Source of the DNA: Dicyema japonicum
Lineage: Eukaryota; Animalia; Dicyemida
Length of the DNA: 64,000 bases
Assembly: GCA_011109175.1 (NCBI GenBank)
Contig: RDEW01000006.1
Span: forward strand, 129,612 to 193,611
Reading direction: 5' to 3'
The notes under the pieces were generated by a model, which made no database searches, was not told the DNA's origin, and saw only the letters and a program-made list of their open reading frames with translations. Each line of letters opens with the position of its first letter. Positions within the stretch are counted from its first letter, which is position 1. A program made the translations under genes and the position numbers. Below, one piece after another: positions 62,400-64,000 of the stretch.

Positions 62400-63100
62400 T
62401 ATTTGAATAGCATCACTATAAATAAGTTAGATGTATCCTTGCTACATAAATAGGTTGGGGTTAACTCCGATCACGTCCGGAATGAATCTATTCCTCGGTC
62501 GGCCAGGTCTTCTCTTCCCAGTAATATTGCTCAGCATAATGGTTCTTTCCAGTGAATCAGAGCGGACAACATGCCCAAAGAACGCCATCTATGTTTTACG
62601 ATTCTTTCTTCTAGCGAAATATCAGTTTTTACCCGTTTGAGTACATCGATGTATGTTATTTTGGAAGTCCAAGGGATTCTTAGTGACCTCCTCCAGCACC
62701 ACAGTTCAAAAGCATCAATTTTTCGTCTATCCGCCTTTTTTAATATCCATGATTCAGCGCCGTATAGAAAAAACCGGGATTACGATTGCATTAACTAGTT
62801 TGCATTTGTCCTTAAAGAAATATCTTTGTTTTTCCAAATTCTATTCATTCTCTGGAAGGTGTCTCGTCCCATGGCAATTCGCCTCTTGATTTCTAGGCCT
62901 CCGTCACCATTCCGATTAATTAGCAATCCCAAAAAGACAACATTATCGCAACTCTCTATTTTCTCATTTCCAATTTTTAGTTCCATTATTCAATTATTAA
63001 GCAGTAGTCATAATTTTGGTCTTCTTGATATTTAGCAAATAAGCCAAAGACGGCGCTCTATTCTCTGAATCTTAGAATCAACTTCCTGAGTTGTCTGAAT
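62400..63100 (-). mobile_element. RTE (BovB-like) LINE RT C-terminus
   Basis: KIESCDNVVFLG..LEIKRRIAMGRDTF..IWKNKDISLRTK; YGAESW..KIDAFELWCWRR. Confidence 0.85.
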
Positions 63101-63599
63101 AACTACACACCAAACTTACATCCCATTTTTCATAAAAATATTTTTGGAGACTTTAACGCACACTATCCTGTTTGTTAGCTTCATACAAACAGGAGGAAAT
63201 TCCGCAATTCTTTTTGTGCGACTACTTGGAGGAACAGTAAAAGTGATAGTGGATCCTGTGAGGAATTTTTAGAAATTCTTTAAAGTTTGTTCGGATTTAA
63301 CACCATTTCGATAAAATTAATGAGATCTACCTGTCCGTTTTCACTTCGTTCACCCCCCGTCTTCACAAAAAAGAGTCACCAGCTCAAAATGCCGCCAACC
63401 ACCGTTCTTGACTATTTGTCCTGACACACAGAATGTACTCAATTAATAAATTCTATATTTTTGTGATAAAGCAATTTGGATAAATTCCATTTAAGAGACT
63501 AAAATATATCAGCGTTCAGAATTGTAAGATTTCTCTAATTTTATGTTTCGATAATTACAGAAAACAATCTACCATATCGCAACAATTAAGCAAAATAAA

Positions 63600-63930
63600 G
63601 TGCCTCTCGTTTAATGTAACGACGAATTCTCCTTATTAGAAAGATTTAGGAGAATCAGATCCGGAGGGATACCTTAATAGACGTGTCCGTGCTGACTAAT
63701 GACATTTGCATATAATTTGAAATTATTGAGTAATTTGAACAGTATACATCCACTCTCATAATAACATGATAGAGCGTGCCTCCAGGGAAACAGTTTCCTC
63801 GGAGGTAAATGTTTAATGGTTCTCTTTGGAGGGGCATTAGGTGCCCTCTGGGCGTCACTAATACTTACAGAATCAGTGAACCACATAACGCCACGCTAAA
63901 ATAGTAGTTGATAAATTAAATTATCATGAG
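63600..63930 (-). CDS. Possible 5' exons of an unidentified gene
   Basis: Hydrophobic SVALCGSLIL, a gtaagt...cag intron candidate of 21 nt, then LQREPLNIYLRGNCFPGG. The start codon is unresolved. Confidence 0.25.
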
Positions 63931-64000
63931 AAACTGGTTAATAAATAAAAAAAATAAAAATGAGAAACTGAGAAATTAAATTATTATTATTAAAAAGCAC

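Overview
AT-rich eukaryotic window, probably from a reduced parasitic animal (inference: dicyemid- or myxozoan-like). Compact host genes with uniformly tiny (about 21-28 nt) GT-AG introns are scattered among large amounts of degenerate transposon DNA. Recognisable genes are RPL19, a CPVL-type S10 serine carboxypeptidase, a multi-C-type-lectin membrane protein, SERBP1/HABP4-like, an M14 N/E-type carboxypeptidase, a small DnaJ protein, a divergent 14-3-3, SMG8 and MSH6. Mobile DNA includes Ingi/Vingi-like, RTE, CRE, R4/Dong-like and Jockey/I-like non-LTR elements, plus hAT-Buster, MULE and pogo remnants, often nested. The most notable observations are: (1) a five-copy SINE family with a tRNA-like head (preceded by a 5S rRNA-like segment in one copy) and a 3' stem-loop tail shared with RTE LINEs in the same window, one copy being 5'-inverted; (2) minimal introns that stay unexpanded despite the heavy TE load; (3) nine CACGTG motifs within about 770 bp; (4) a 14-3-3 that keeps its phospho-binding residues but appears to have lost dimer-interface residues. 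Scattered single-base frameshifts in homopolymers look like assembly errors. All family assignments come from motif recognition by eye, not database searches.
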